Below, one piece after another: positions 36,380-44,779 of a stretch of 64,000 nt of DNA. The notes beneath the pieces are model-generated. The model made no database searches. It had not been told where the DNA came from and was given only the letters and a program-made list of their open reading frames with translations. This stretch comes from a virus. Within the stretch, counting starts at the first letter, position 1. The number at the start of each line of letters is the position of its first letter. The translations under genes were made by a program, and so were the position numbers. The stretch lies in the IMG/VR virus record IMGVR_UViG_3300002307_000050, one strand, 5' to 3'.

Positions 36380-36790
36380 TTACATAACTGTTATGAGAAC
36401 TTTCTGTTCCCCCTCTCTGTTAAATACGAACACGATCCCTTGCCATTCCTTCCTGAGCTCCTCATCCGAGTGACGGCTCTTGCTCACGTCAGTTCCCTGC
36501 TCGTACGCCTCGAGTGCGAGCTCGGCGATGAAGCTTGCGATTCCCATCTGAGGATTCGAAACCTGCCAGAGCTTTATGTGGCGTAGGCTGAAGCTATCGA
36601 TGGCGTGTCGCGTGCACTCGATGAGCACCTTGCTCGACTGGTTGTGCGATAGCTTCTCTCTGACGTGCACCATGATCTCTTCCGGAAACTTGTGCGAGAG
36701 CATCCATCTGCAGTAGGACATGGGAAGCTGATCCACTCGAACGCCCTTGTACTTCCCAAAGGCCATGTAGGGTATTTTTTTATCAGGCAT
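36380..36790 (-). CDS. DUF3820-like protein (136 aa)
   Basis: N-terminus MAFGKYKGVRVDQLPMSYCRWML matches the DUF3820 signature MPFGKYKGxxLxxLPxxYLxWL. Confidence 0.45.
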   Translation of the reverse strand: MPDKKIPYMAFGKYKGVRVDQLPMSYCRWMLSHKFPEEIMVHVREKLSHNQSSKVLIECTRHAIDSFSLRHIKLWQVSNPQMGIASFIAELALEAYEQGTDVSKSRHSDEELRKEWQGIVFVFNREGEQKVLITVM

Positions 36791-37112
36791 TTTGTTTTCG
36801 ATATTCTTCTATTGCTTTTTTTCGACCTTCTTCGTCACGTCTTTCCTCTGCCCCACAATCCTTGCAGTCAAATCTGCCGAAATGGAATGGGTTTGGATAA
36901 CCAGACTGAGGCTCCCAGTTGTGTGGAGACCCATTCAAGCAATCAGCCTTCTGTCCCGTAAAACTCCAGTCTTGCTGACTGTACACAAGGAAATTCTTCT
37001 CACACTTCGGGCACTCGCATTCTTCAGGTTTGTCCTCTTCGTTGTAATACGCACCATCATCGTGACAAAGGTCAAAACCGTGTTCACAATAAGGGCATTC
37101 GATTTCATCCAT
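36783..37112 (-). CDS. Cys-rich Zn-finger protein (109 aa)
   Basis: CPYCEH...CECPKCEK...CKDCG pairs. Confidence 0.4.
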   Translation of the reverse strand: MDEIECPYCEHGFDLCHDDGAYYNEEDKPEECECPKCEKNFLVYSQQDWSFTGQKADCLNGSPHNWEPQSGYPNPFHFGRFDCKDCGAEERRDEEGRKKAIEEYRKQNA

Positions 37113-37281
37113 AAATTATATGTTGTACTTATCTTTTAAATATTTATCGAGCTCAGGATCTCTTTCGATGGTGGATCCCGCGGGCGCAACGCTCTCTGCC
37201 CATTCCAGAAAATTAAGATACCTGCAAACTTTGCACTCTCCGCATCCTTCTTGACCGCAGTCTTTTCGTCGTCTTCCCATG

Positions 37282-37647
37282 TTAGAATCGTGGCTTCATG
37301 CCTTCTCTCATAAATTCCTCTTGAGCTCGACATAGCTCTTTGAGGGCTGATTCGAAATTCTCCTGCTTCGTTTGGTCAGTCAGATCCTCTCGCAACGAGA
37401 GTAGGTATACTAGATAATTGTTGAAGAGGGATTCGATCTTGAACATCAATTCCGTGTAGCGGTCCAACTGGAACTCTGCCTCGTTGGGCAACGTCACTTC
37501 TGGAACCGCCTGAATCGCTCGCACGGCACTTGGGAACGGCACGCTGACCTCTGCCTCGAACTCCTTCTTTCGTGCCTCGATCTTCGCTCTGAGCGTGTTC
37601 AGGGCGTTGTCTTGTGCATCGTTGATCTCGTCTACTCGTGCATTCAT
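37282..37647 (-). CDS. hypothetical protein (121 aa)
   Basis: ORF. Confidence 0.35.
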   Translation of the reverse strand: MNARVDEINDAQDNALNTLRAKIEARKKEFEAEVSVPFPSAVRAIQAVPEVTLPNEAEFQLDRYTELMFKIESLFNNYLVYLLSLREDLTDQTKQENFESALKELCRAQEEFMREGMKPRF

Positions 37648-37841
37648 ACTGGTTCAATTTCTTTTATGTAATGATCAGGGACTAGACCAAGTTCCCTGAT
37701 AAGCTCCTGATGATTAACCGTCTCTTGAAGATCAGCTTTGCACCCACTGCATATGCCGTGCTTATTGTATGTCTTCACGTGGCAATCTTTCCTAGGTCTC
37801 ATGCGACAATACACAAGAGTTCCCCTTTCTTTGCTACTCAT
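37644..37841 (-). CDS. small Zn-ribbon protein (65 aa)
   Basis: C..C...CSGC pattern. Confidence 0.35.
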   Translation of the reverse strand: MSSKERGTLVYCRMRPRKDCHVKTYNKHGICSGCKADLQETVNHQELIRELGLVPDHYIKEIEPV

Positions 37842-38058
37842 TTGTTTCGACTTCGACTAGGAAATAATGCCACACATACCAACATGGAACGAACCCTGTC
37901 TCTGGAGCGTTCGAGCACTTTGGATCTCCATGACAGATACAAGGTATCAGTCCTCTTTTGCTAACCTCGATTTGCTCTTGCTTCACTGTAGAGAGATAGA
38001 TCGCACCTTCTGGAATTGGATGACCAGTTCCGTATTTGAATACTTTTTTAACCTTCAT
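37834..38058 (-). CDS. hypothetical protein (74 aa), Cys/His-containing
   Basis: ORF. Confidence 0.3.
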   Translation of the reverse strand: MKVKKVFKYGTGHPIPEGAIYLSTVKQEQIEVSKRGLIPCICHGDPKCSNAPETGFVPCWYVWHYFLVEVETNE

Positions 38059-38242
38059 ATACTTTTATAAGACGTTGCAAGTCTTCCTTAATGCCCCTGA
38101 TAAGATCGCCCTGCTTCATTGTCGCCTTCTTGAACTCTGGAATGTTGATTCTCGATGCGGTAGACATTGCATCTCCGATCTTGATCAGCTCCATTGGCTT
38201 CGTTGCGGGGAACGTCGCCTCAAATTGATGGTTCGTGTTCAT
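38048..38242 (-). CDS. hypothetical protein (64 aa)
   Basis: ORF. Confidence 0.3.
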   Translation of the reverse strand: MNTNHQFEATFPATKPMELIKIGDAMSTASRINIPEFKKATMKQGDLIRGIKEDLQRLIKVYEG

Positions 38243-38247
38243 GTGAT

Positions 38248-38667
38248 TTATTTATCATCGCCAATAAAATCGTCCTCTCCGAGAATGTCATCGTCTGACT
38301 CCTCATCGCCCTTGTCCATGTCCTCGCCCACCATATCGATGCACTTCGAGACGAGATTGCGGAACTTGACCTCAGTCATGTAACGCTTCGTCTTCGAGCT
38401 GTTGTATCCGTGACCCGCCTTCACGAGCAAGCGGACAGTGAAGAGCAAGTGCGTGTCTGTCATGTCCTTGATGAACATTACCGCACCATCGCGTGTCATG
38501 TGCAGGTTCTTAGACTGCTCCTTGATCTCGTCCGCATAGATCTGCTCGAACTTCCCGATTGAGGTTAGAGCCTTCTTGAGGTTCTGCTTCGTGATAATGA
38601 GTGCCTTCACGTTGTCCTGCACCGTCAATTCCTTGTTGAACTCGAACACTTCCATTGTCTTTGTCAT
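38248..38667 (-). CDS. hypothetical protein with an acidic C-terminal tail (139 aa); candidate ssDNA-binding or protein-interaction tail
   Basis: C-terminus DKGDEESDDDILGEDDFIGDDK. Confidence 0.4.
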   Translation of the reverse strand: MTKTMEVFEFNKELTVQDNVKALIITKQNLKKALTSIGKFEQIYADEIKEQSKNLHMTRDGAVMFIKDMTDTHLLFTVRLLVKAGHGYNSSKTKRYMTEVKFRNLVSKCIDMVGEDMDKGDEESDDDILGEDDFIGDDK

Positions 38668-38852
38668 AAAATTTATTTGAAAAAAATGTGAATAATAATC
38701 TTAACTAGCATGTCCACCCAGTCCTCATCCTTTCTCTTTGCCATAGATCTAGTCTTTGCAAATAATGTGTAGGATAAGCCATACCACCGCCCATTTAACG
38801 CTTCCAAAGATCATCGCGATAATCGCAAATACTAGAAACATGTTGTACTTCT

Positions 38853-39290
38853 TTAAGTTAGCTGACAAACGCACGTCTTCTTATCGACCACGCCCCATTC
38901 ATCCGCATCGCTCCCGCCATAGATCTCAACGTATCCCTTGTCCTCGCAGATATCGCAGACTCTCTTCGCGTGGAACACGCAGTTGTCGCCCTCGCACTCG
39001 TCGTATCCGTGTGCCTCCTGAGTCATCGAGCAGAAGTGCTCCGAGTCGCACGGGCAGTCGCGATCATTACCGCAACGGCTCGAGCACTCGTGACCGAACT
39101 CGCACTCCTTCACCCGATTCTCGTACATGTGATCTAGCATCTTCCCGATCTCCTCGCTCTCGAACTGGCACGCCGAGCAGTTGGGATATACTTTGTCCTT
39201 GTGCTGAGAATGCTCCCACGATAGATCCTCGTTCATGGCTCGCTCCCTCTGGTACTGACCTTCGAGTATCGCCTCCTTTATTTTAGACAT
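38853..39290 (-). CDS. Cys/His-rich metal-binding protein (145 aa)
   Basis: More than 15 Cys in CxxC, CxC and CDICED arrangements. Confidence 0.4.
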   Translation of the reverse strand: MSKIKEAILEGQYQRERAMNEDLSWEHSQHKDKVYPNCSACQFESEEIGKMLDHMYENRVKECEFGHECSSRCGNDRDCPCDSEHFCSMTQEAHGYDECEGDNCVFHAKRVCDICEDKGYVEIYGGSDADEWGVVDKKTCVCQLT

Positions 39291-39526
39291 TTTAGTTTCC
39301 GCTATGCAGTGCTAATGCTCGCACGTGTTGTGCGATATCGACCAATGTGTCACGGATGTCTACCTGCACCTCGATTTCCAATGCCTCTTCATAGGATACA
39401 GTGAAGCCCTCCGCATCCTTCATGATCTCTTCTTTTGTTCTCATAGGTATACAATATAATTACGCACGTTTAATAATCGCACAGTGACATTATATCACTT
39501 TCGAACGGTTAAGTTTTCAACAAATG

Positions 39527-39727
39527 CTAGTGGTTGTTAGCCTCCTTTTTTGCCTTACGCTTCGCACGGCAGTCTGGACAGTACTTCGGATTCGAGAGCT
39601 CTTGGATCTTCCCGTCACGCTTCAAGTCCTCATAGAACTCTTGCTCTCCGATTGTGAAGGTGAATGAGTTCCCGCACCCGTCATTGTACTTACCGCCCAC
39701 GCACTTCAACTCGAGATCTTGTTTCAT
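39527..39727 (-). CDS. Zn-ribbon nucleic-acid-binding protein (66 aa) with a basic tail
   Basis: CVGG...C..........CPDCRAKRKAKK. Confidence 0.4.
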   Translation of the reverse strand: MKQDLELKCVGGKYNDGCGNSFTFTIGEQEFYEDLKRDGKIQELSNPKYCPDCRAKRKAKKEANNH

Positions 39728-39764
39728 ATATTTTTTGTGTTATTTAATTTCCGTAATGCAATCA

Positions 39765-39965
39765 TTATATGATTTTCTCAAAGTTAGTCAAAACCTCGCG
39801 GATCGCCTTCATGTTCTTTGCCGTCTCTCTGAGGTACTTTCGAGCCCTCTCGATGTCTTCCGCACGCATTCGCTTAGTGCCTCCCGCCCAATCCTCCGAC
39901 ACGCTCGAGTTAACTCGCTTGAGGCACTCGTTCCCCGTGTCTAGGTCTCCGTATATGCTTGCCAT
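39765..39965 (-). CDS. hypothetical protein (~66 aa; ORF opens at 40007, MASIYG start chosen); preceded by a 47-aa ORF at 39970..40113
   Basis: Gene-packing logic: TAA, then 4 nt, then ATG. Confidence 0.3.
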   Translation of the reverse strand: MASIYGDLDTGNECLKRVNSSVSEDWAGGTKRMRAEDIERARKYLRETAKNMKAIREVLTNFEKII

Positions 39966-40117
39966 ATGTTTAGTCTGACTCTTCTGACGGGATAACGTGA
40001 ACGTCAATCCACTCTCCCTTTTCAGTTGGGAAACTCCAATCGAACTCCTCTCCGTTCAAAAGATCCTGTAGATCCTCCTCCGACAACGGCACTGTGATTT
40101 TCTGGTTTGCCATAGTA

Positions 40118-40318
40118 TTACTTCGACTTTTTAATTTCTACTAATCGCACCTTTACGCACTTGATCCCTGACTTTCGAAACATGTCCCAATTTCCCTTTG
40201 TGATCTTCACTCCTTGCCCGTGCAAGAACTGAGTTATCGTGACAGGTCTAATAGGGGAAATGTAGGCGTAAAATCTGTCCTTGTCGTCTTTGATCGCCCA
40301 AAATATAGCATCTTCCAT
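40118..40318 (-). CDS. hypothetical protein (~66 aa; ORF opens at 40357)
   Basis: ORF; internal start avoids a 38-nt overlap. Confidence 0.3.
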   Translation of the reverse strand: MEDAIFWAIKDDKDRFYAYISPIRPVTITQFLHGQGVKITKGNWDMFRKSGIKCVKVRLVEIKKSK

Positions 40319-40319
40319 A

Positions 40320-40559
40320 TTAAGCTTTATAGCTCGCTCCGTTTCCAAAGCTCGCATTATTCAACGCATCGACAATTTCGTTGATCTTTTTAATGACTGG
40401 ATCTGGATGGCGTGGTTTCATCTTCACCTTGCTTCTGATCTCTGAATCTCCCGCCCCGCAGTCTCCGCACCCAAACAGTCCGCCAATGTGCATCAAGTTT
40501 CGATGGATGCAATATTTCTCTTCGAGCTTCTTTATCTTCTTTGCCATAGAATTACGCAT
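40320..40559 (-). CDS. small Cys-containing protein (79 aa)
   Basis: CIHRN...CGDCGAG. Confidence 0.3.
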   Translation of the reverse strand: MRNSMAKKIKKLEEKYCIHRNLMHIGGLFGCGDCGAGDSEIRSKVKMKPRHPDPVIKKINEIVDALNNASFGNGASYKA

Positions 40560-41145
40560 CGTGCTCTATTTCCAGTGTGTCCATGTTGAAATAGGTCTCG
40601 TTATTGCTAAAGTAGTCCTCGAGCTCTTCATCGCTCGTGATCCCGTCATACCATTCTTGCAAGTCCTTGTAGATCTGCTTGCATAGGTTCTGCCTTACCT
40701 TCTCGCCGTTCATTCGGATCATCTCCAAAAACTCCGCGTCCTTGGTCTTCAAAGATCTCTCAGCCTCGACCTCAAAGCTCTTCGTCATCTCGTGCACATA
40801 ATGGGATGGCTTGTCGTTGATGATCGCCGTGACCTCGTATTCGCCGATGATTCTCTTTAGCGTTGCGATCATGGCAACGTCATAGACGAACGTGCTCGCA
40901 AATCTGAATAGGTCAATGTTCTCAGCAGTGAAGCAAGCACCGTCTCCCTGTGATCCAAAGCCGTTGAAAAATATTTCTGGCTCTTCAAATCCCATAGCCT
41001 TTAGCTTCTCCTCCCATGGTTGTGTCACGTTGTCCGTGTACCAATCGCCTTCCGCGTTGTATTCGCGATGCTTGTCCAGTACTTTTTTCTTTGTCTCTGC
41101 ATCGATCTCATCAATGGTTTTCAATTCAATTGTTTTTGTCTTCAT
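40552..41145 (-). CDS. hypothetical acidic protein (197 aa)
   Basis: ORF. Confidence 0.4.
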   Translation of the reverse strand: MKTKTIELKTIDEIDAETKKKVLDKHREYNAEGDWYTDNVTQPWEEKLKAMGFEEPEIFFNGFGSQGDGACFTAENIDLFRFASTFVYDVAMIATLKRIIGEYEVTAIINDKPSHYVHEMTKSFEVEAERSLKTKDAEFLEMIRMNGEKVRQNLCKQIYKDLQEWYDGITSDEELEDYFSNNETYFNMDTLEIEHDA

Positions 41146-41149
41146 ATAA

Positions 41150-41638
41150 TTATTTTAGTACTGGCATTATTACTCCTTTAATGTTTGCACCCTTCTTGTC
41201 TGTCGTAATGAGTACGGGCTTTGTCTGGTTCTCTTGCACGTGGAAAGTCACATAATCGCATTTTTGCTCCTTGAAAGCCTCGAGCATCGCCTGTAGATAT
41301 TTGACTGAAAGCTTGAGCTCCGTGCGGTATTCCGTGCCGTCCTCTGGAATTATTGCCTTGTACTTTGGGAACTCTCCAACGTTCATAGGCTCGAACTTGC
41401 TCGATGTCTGATCCTTGTATAGGACTACCCCGCTATCGATTGTCATGATCTCCTTTTTGAAAAGGTTCACGTTGTAAACGCCCTCCTTCAGTCCTTCAAT
41501 CTCCATTGGGTTCTTGTACTCAACGAGACAAAAGCTATTTGTCGCGACTATCGCATCTTTCGAAACGTACACGTTCGCTATTTCTGGTCTGTAGTCCTCT
41601 TTCGCACACACGCCCGCAATCTTTGTGATTTTCATCAT
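41150..41638 (-). CDS. hypothetical protein (162 aa)
   Basis: ORF. Confidence 0.4.
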   Translation of the reverse strand: MMKITKIAGVCAKEDYRPEIANVYVSKDAIVATNSFCLVEYKNPMEIEGLKEGVYNVNLFKKEIMTIDSGVVLYKDQTSSKFEPMNVGEFPKYKAIIPEDGTEYRTELKLSVKYLQAMLEAFKEQKCDYVTFHVQENQTKPVLITTDKKGANIKGVIMPVLK

Positions 41639-41708
41639 AGGTATAAAATATAAGTTTTTGTAATGCTAGCAGTCCTCCACGTTCTCGTCTTCAAATGGGT
41701 TGTTCATG

Positions 41709-41948
41709 TTACCACTCCTGTTGATCTATCTTTTCTAAAGCGACCTTGTACGCCTCTCTCAAAGCCTTCTTGAGCCCTTCCTTGTTGTGGCTCGCCACTA
41801 CTTCGCCCTCGTCCACATAATCAGTATCGATTGATTCCGTTATGTTCTGAACGTCAAACTCGTACACGTAAAACATAAAACTAGGCTCGTCCGTGTCATA
41901 GTTTGGATAGATTCTGATCGTGATCTCGCCCTCCTCTCTCATTGACAT
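41709..41948 (-). CDS. hypothetical protein (79 aa)
   Basis: ORF. Confidence 0.35.
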   Translation of the reverse strand: MSMREEGEITIRIYPNYDTDEPSFMFYVYEFDVQNITESIDTDYVDEGEVVASHNKEGLKKALREAYKVALEKIDQQEW

Positions 41949-41951
41949 ATG

Positions 41952-42200
41952 TTATTTGTTACCGTTAAGGTAGTTAAGCTCTGCTAAAAATATCTTTGCC
42001 AGCTCCTCCGTCTCGTCTCCGTCCATTGGCTCGCCTTCTCTCATGTCTATGAGCTCCGTGAACACTTGGCTCGCGTGTGTCTCCGCGATATAGCACACGT
42101 CACAGATCCCGTTTTCGAACTCGCCCATAGTTGATGCACCGCACCCCTTCCCCGAGTTCTTGCAGTATGTAGCCATATTATCGCAAGTATCTAATGCCAT
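41952..42200 (-). CDS. Cys-rich small protein (82 aa)
   Basis: CDNMATYCKNSGKGCG...CDVC. Confidence 0.35.
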   Translation of the reverse strand: MALDTCDNMATYCKNSGKGCGASTMGEFENGICDVCYIAETHASQVFTELIDMREGEPMDGDETEELAKIFLAELNYLNGNK

Positions 42201-42543
42201 ACTCTGATAATGCTTCCGCTCCGTTCTGCTCGCTGTTGATGTTTCCGCGTGCGTGCTTTGCGGGAGCGTTCCAACTCGCGGGCTTGAATACGTCCCCGCT
42301 CTCGCGGTTCACAAACGAGTGAACGGAACGCTGACCATATACGGTCTCGACAAGCTTCCAGTTGACCTTTCCCTCCGTGATCTCGACGGAAGGGCAAGCT
42401 GAAGGGCTGTTCTTGTACGTCAACGCTAGACGTTCCTCGACCCTCTTCTTGTAGCATCTGAGGTTGCAAAGCTTTGTGCCCTCGCACGTGTTGCCCCTGT
42501 TCTCGCTCGCTCCGCACTTCGTGCATGTCTTTTGCGTGTCCAT
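42178..42543 (-). CDS. Cys-rich protein (121 aa)
   Basis: CTKCGASENRGNTCEGTKLCNLRC. Confidence 0.35.
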   Translation of the reverse strand: MDTQKTCTKCGASENRGNTCEGTKLCNLRCYKKRVEERLALTYKNSPSACPSVEITEGKVNWKLVETVYGQRSVHSFVNRESGDVFKPASWNAPAKHARGNINSEQNGAEALSEYGIRYLR

Positions 42544-42544
42544 G

Positions 42545-42889
42545 TTATTTAATGAGGTCTGAAATAGTAACGTCTTCGATTGTCAAATCTGGGTAGAACT
42601 GGCGTTCATAGTTCAAATACTGCTCTAGCGTTTCGTACTTGTGCGTGTGCTTGATCATTCGATTATCTGCCCAATTTGGAACGACCACATGCAAGCAGTT
42701 CTGTATCACTTCGCGTGTCAATTCAATGCCTTGGTGGAGCATGTAGCCCGTCCCCACTTCACGCGATGGCTTATGCACTGAGGATATATTCACCCCGCCG
42801 TACTTCTGAGGCTCGACATATATTATGTTCTTGCCGTCTGTTAGGTGGTAAAAGGTATACTCTGGCTTTTGTTTGATGATCTTTAACAT
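42545..42889 (-). CDS. hypothetical protein (114 aa)
   Basis: ORF. Confidence 0.4.
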   Translation of the reverse strand: MLKIIKQKPEYTFYHLTDGKNIIYVEPQKYGGVNISSVHKPSREVGTGYMLHQGIELTREVIQNCLHVVVPNWADNRMIKHTHKYETLEQYLNYERQFYPDLTIEDVTISDLIK

Positions 42890-43039
42890 GTGATTAAAAG
42901 AATCTAGCGATGATAATTGACTCGACTATGAGCAACGCACCAGACACGAGAGCACCCATGCAAAAGCCCCGAGTGTAAGCACTGACTCTGATCTTCTTTA
43001 GCTCCACGAACGTCACAACGCACGCACTTGTCTTGTCCT

Positions 43040-43834
43040 TCATATTAAGTTTTGGTATAAAATATAATTTATAAGCAACGACTAATCACTTACACATAGA
43101 GTATATGCTTTTCATATACTATTGTCAACTAATTATGACTGTTAATAACTATATAACATATATATTATAATATGTAAAGCTTAGCTAATGCACACTATCC
43201 ACATATATATACACATGACCCACATGCGAAGATCAATGTCACCGACACTAGCCTTTGACTTGCGGTAACAGATCAAGCAACGTAGCGGATACATAACAAT
43301 CATAATTGACACATGATACTATTATGTTATTGCGGGGGCGGTCAATCGATGGTCACTGAAACAATATATGAAAGCATTTGAACATCATTTGACAATACAT
43401 TGCGTTGTGTTGTTGTGATTGCCAAGGGAAGCCCCCACCATGTTCTGGGGTTTTTTGTTTTTTTTGCGACTAACCCCCGGATTCTGATGCCGCCGATTTA
43501 CGATACTATTGACAAAAGGAAAAGATGTGATTATATATTATTATATATATAGGAGAAGGAGAGATTGAATTTGAGAGTTGACGTGAAGAAGCCTACTTCC
43601 CATTTTAATGTTTTTTACGAGAAAGTAAATCGAAATATTGTGCTGCGATACAGATCGGGTGCTTCTGTGAAGGGGTGATTCGCATCCGAGTTGTGCTTGT
43701 TGGGTATTTGGTTGTATACTTTCACTGCCACCTCTGCATGATTGTCCATGGTTACGGTGGCCCTGACGATTTCGTCTAATTGGTAGGACGCCCGCTGAAA
43801 CGGGAAATGGAGGTTCGACTCCTCACGTCGTCAT
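43040..43834. promoter_or_regulatory. AT-rich divergent control region between the leftward and rightward operons (candidate origin, early and late promoters)
   Basis: Strand switch of all genes here; no ORFs; (at)n and 'atatatatac' repeats; G/C-rich islands (gcgggggcggtcaatcgatggtcac). Confidence 0.45.
43428..43468 (+). terminator. orphan plus-strand intrinsic terminator (ccccca/tgggg stem followed by T6GT8) inside the control region
   Basis: gaagcccccaccatgttctggggttttttgttttttttg; no upstream plus-strand CDS. Confidence 0.4.
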
Positions 43835-43836
43835 AT
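43764..43836 (+). tRNA. tRNA-like element or pseudo-tRNA (GAA/Phe-like anticodon loop, non-canonical anticodon arm); its 3' end overlaps the ATG of the first rightward gene
   Basis: Acceptor pairs ugacgau/gucguca; D-arm cguc-uaauugguag-gacg; T-arm ggagg-UUCGACU-ccuca with the GGTTCGACTCC box. The anticodon arm is only cccg-cugaaa-cggg (4-bp stem, 6-nt loop) and there is an extra nucleotide before the acceptor. Confidence 0.3.
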
Positions 43837-44608
43837 GAAAGAGGGACTCAAAGATCACGCAAACAAATACCGTGCCGTGGAATCGACAGACAAGATGTCG
43901 GTGATTTCGTCTGCGGAGGTGGCGAAGTGGGACTCGGCGAAGCTGCTCAACTTCTACCAGTTCGTGATGCTCTTCTGGGAGGAGGGCAAGTTCAGGTGCA
44001 ACTCCGGCACGATGCACAACGTCTACTACGCCTACGAGACGTATCCCGAGTGGCCGTACAAGGAGTACCTGCATCGCATCAACGTCTGGTTCTCTCCGGA
44101 GGACGGGTACAAGTGGGCTTCGTTCAACTCGCGCTTCATCACGCTCACTCGCGTGGTCAACACGTACGTCAAGAAGCACCCGTCACTCGTGACTCCCGAG
44201 ATAACGGACCTGCTCAAGGACATTCCCGCCTACTCGTGGGTACTCGAGTCCTATAAGACCGTCACGACGAAGATCGGAGCGACGGTCGTCGAAAGGGACA
44301 CGATGTTTCACGACGAACGCAACAACCACATACCGGACAACGATCTCGTGGGATCTCCAGAGAAGAACCTAGTCGAGGCGATGCTGAAGGTCACGGACAT
44401 CTACAGGACCGTGGCTAACTCCATAAAGAAGGAGGACCTCGAGAAGATGACCGTCGCCCAGAAGCTCTCAACGCTGCAGCGACTGTCGTTCATCATCAAG
44501 GAGGTGAAGGGATTCAAGCCAAACCCCGCGGTGTTTCAGCAGATCAACATTTATAAGGACGGTCGAGAGGAGCTTGAGAAGGCGATCCTCGACTTTGGAG
44601 CGGAGTAA
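43835..44608 (+). CDS. hypothetical protein (257 aa); candidate small terminase subunit by position only
   Basis: First gene of the rightward block, immediately upstream of TerL, sharing its elevated GC. Confidence 0.35.
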   Translation: MKEGLKDHANKYRAVESTDKMSVISSAEVAKWDSAKLLNFYQFVMLFWEEGKFRCNSGTMHNVYYAYETYPEWPYKEYLHRINVWFSPEDGYKWASFNSRFITLTRVVNTYVKKHPSLVTPEITDLLKDIPAYSWVLESYKTVTTKIGATVVERDTMFHDERNNHIPDNDLVGSPEKNLVEAMLKVTDIYRTVANSIKKEDLEKMTVAQKLSTLQRLSFIIKEVKGFKPNPAVFQQINIYKDGREELEKAILDFGAE

Positions 44609-44611
44609 CAC

Positions 44612-44779
44612 ATGAAAAAAGAGAACTTCGAGAAGGAAAAGTCGGATCGGCACGTTCAGGTACGCGAGTACGAGTGCCTTTTCTGCGACAAGCGCACGCA
44701 CATCATCTATGACGGGCGCTGCTACGGGTGCGAGCGAGACCGTCGGATATTAGAGGCGAATAAGATCATGAAAAAATAG
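44612..44779 (+). CDS. small Zn-ribbon protein (~55 aa) whose stop abuts the TerL start
   Basis: Manual ORF: MKKENFEKEK...YECLFCDKRTHIIYDGRCYGCERDRR (CxxC..CxxC). Confidence 0.3.
   Translation: MKKENFEKEKSDRHVQVREYECLFCDKRTHIIYDGRCYGCERDRRILEANKIMKK

Noticed and set aside
37136-37333. 65-aa minus-strand ORF overlapping the 3' end of 37282..37647
   Set aside because: 51-nt overlap with a longer, better-packed ORF and no motifs
40552-41145. Possible ArdA-type anti-restriction protein (acidic 197-aa ORF)
   Set aside because: The acidic composition is suggestive, but the sequence does not match the ArdA motif pattern I recall. Left as hypothetical
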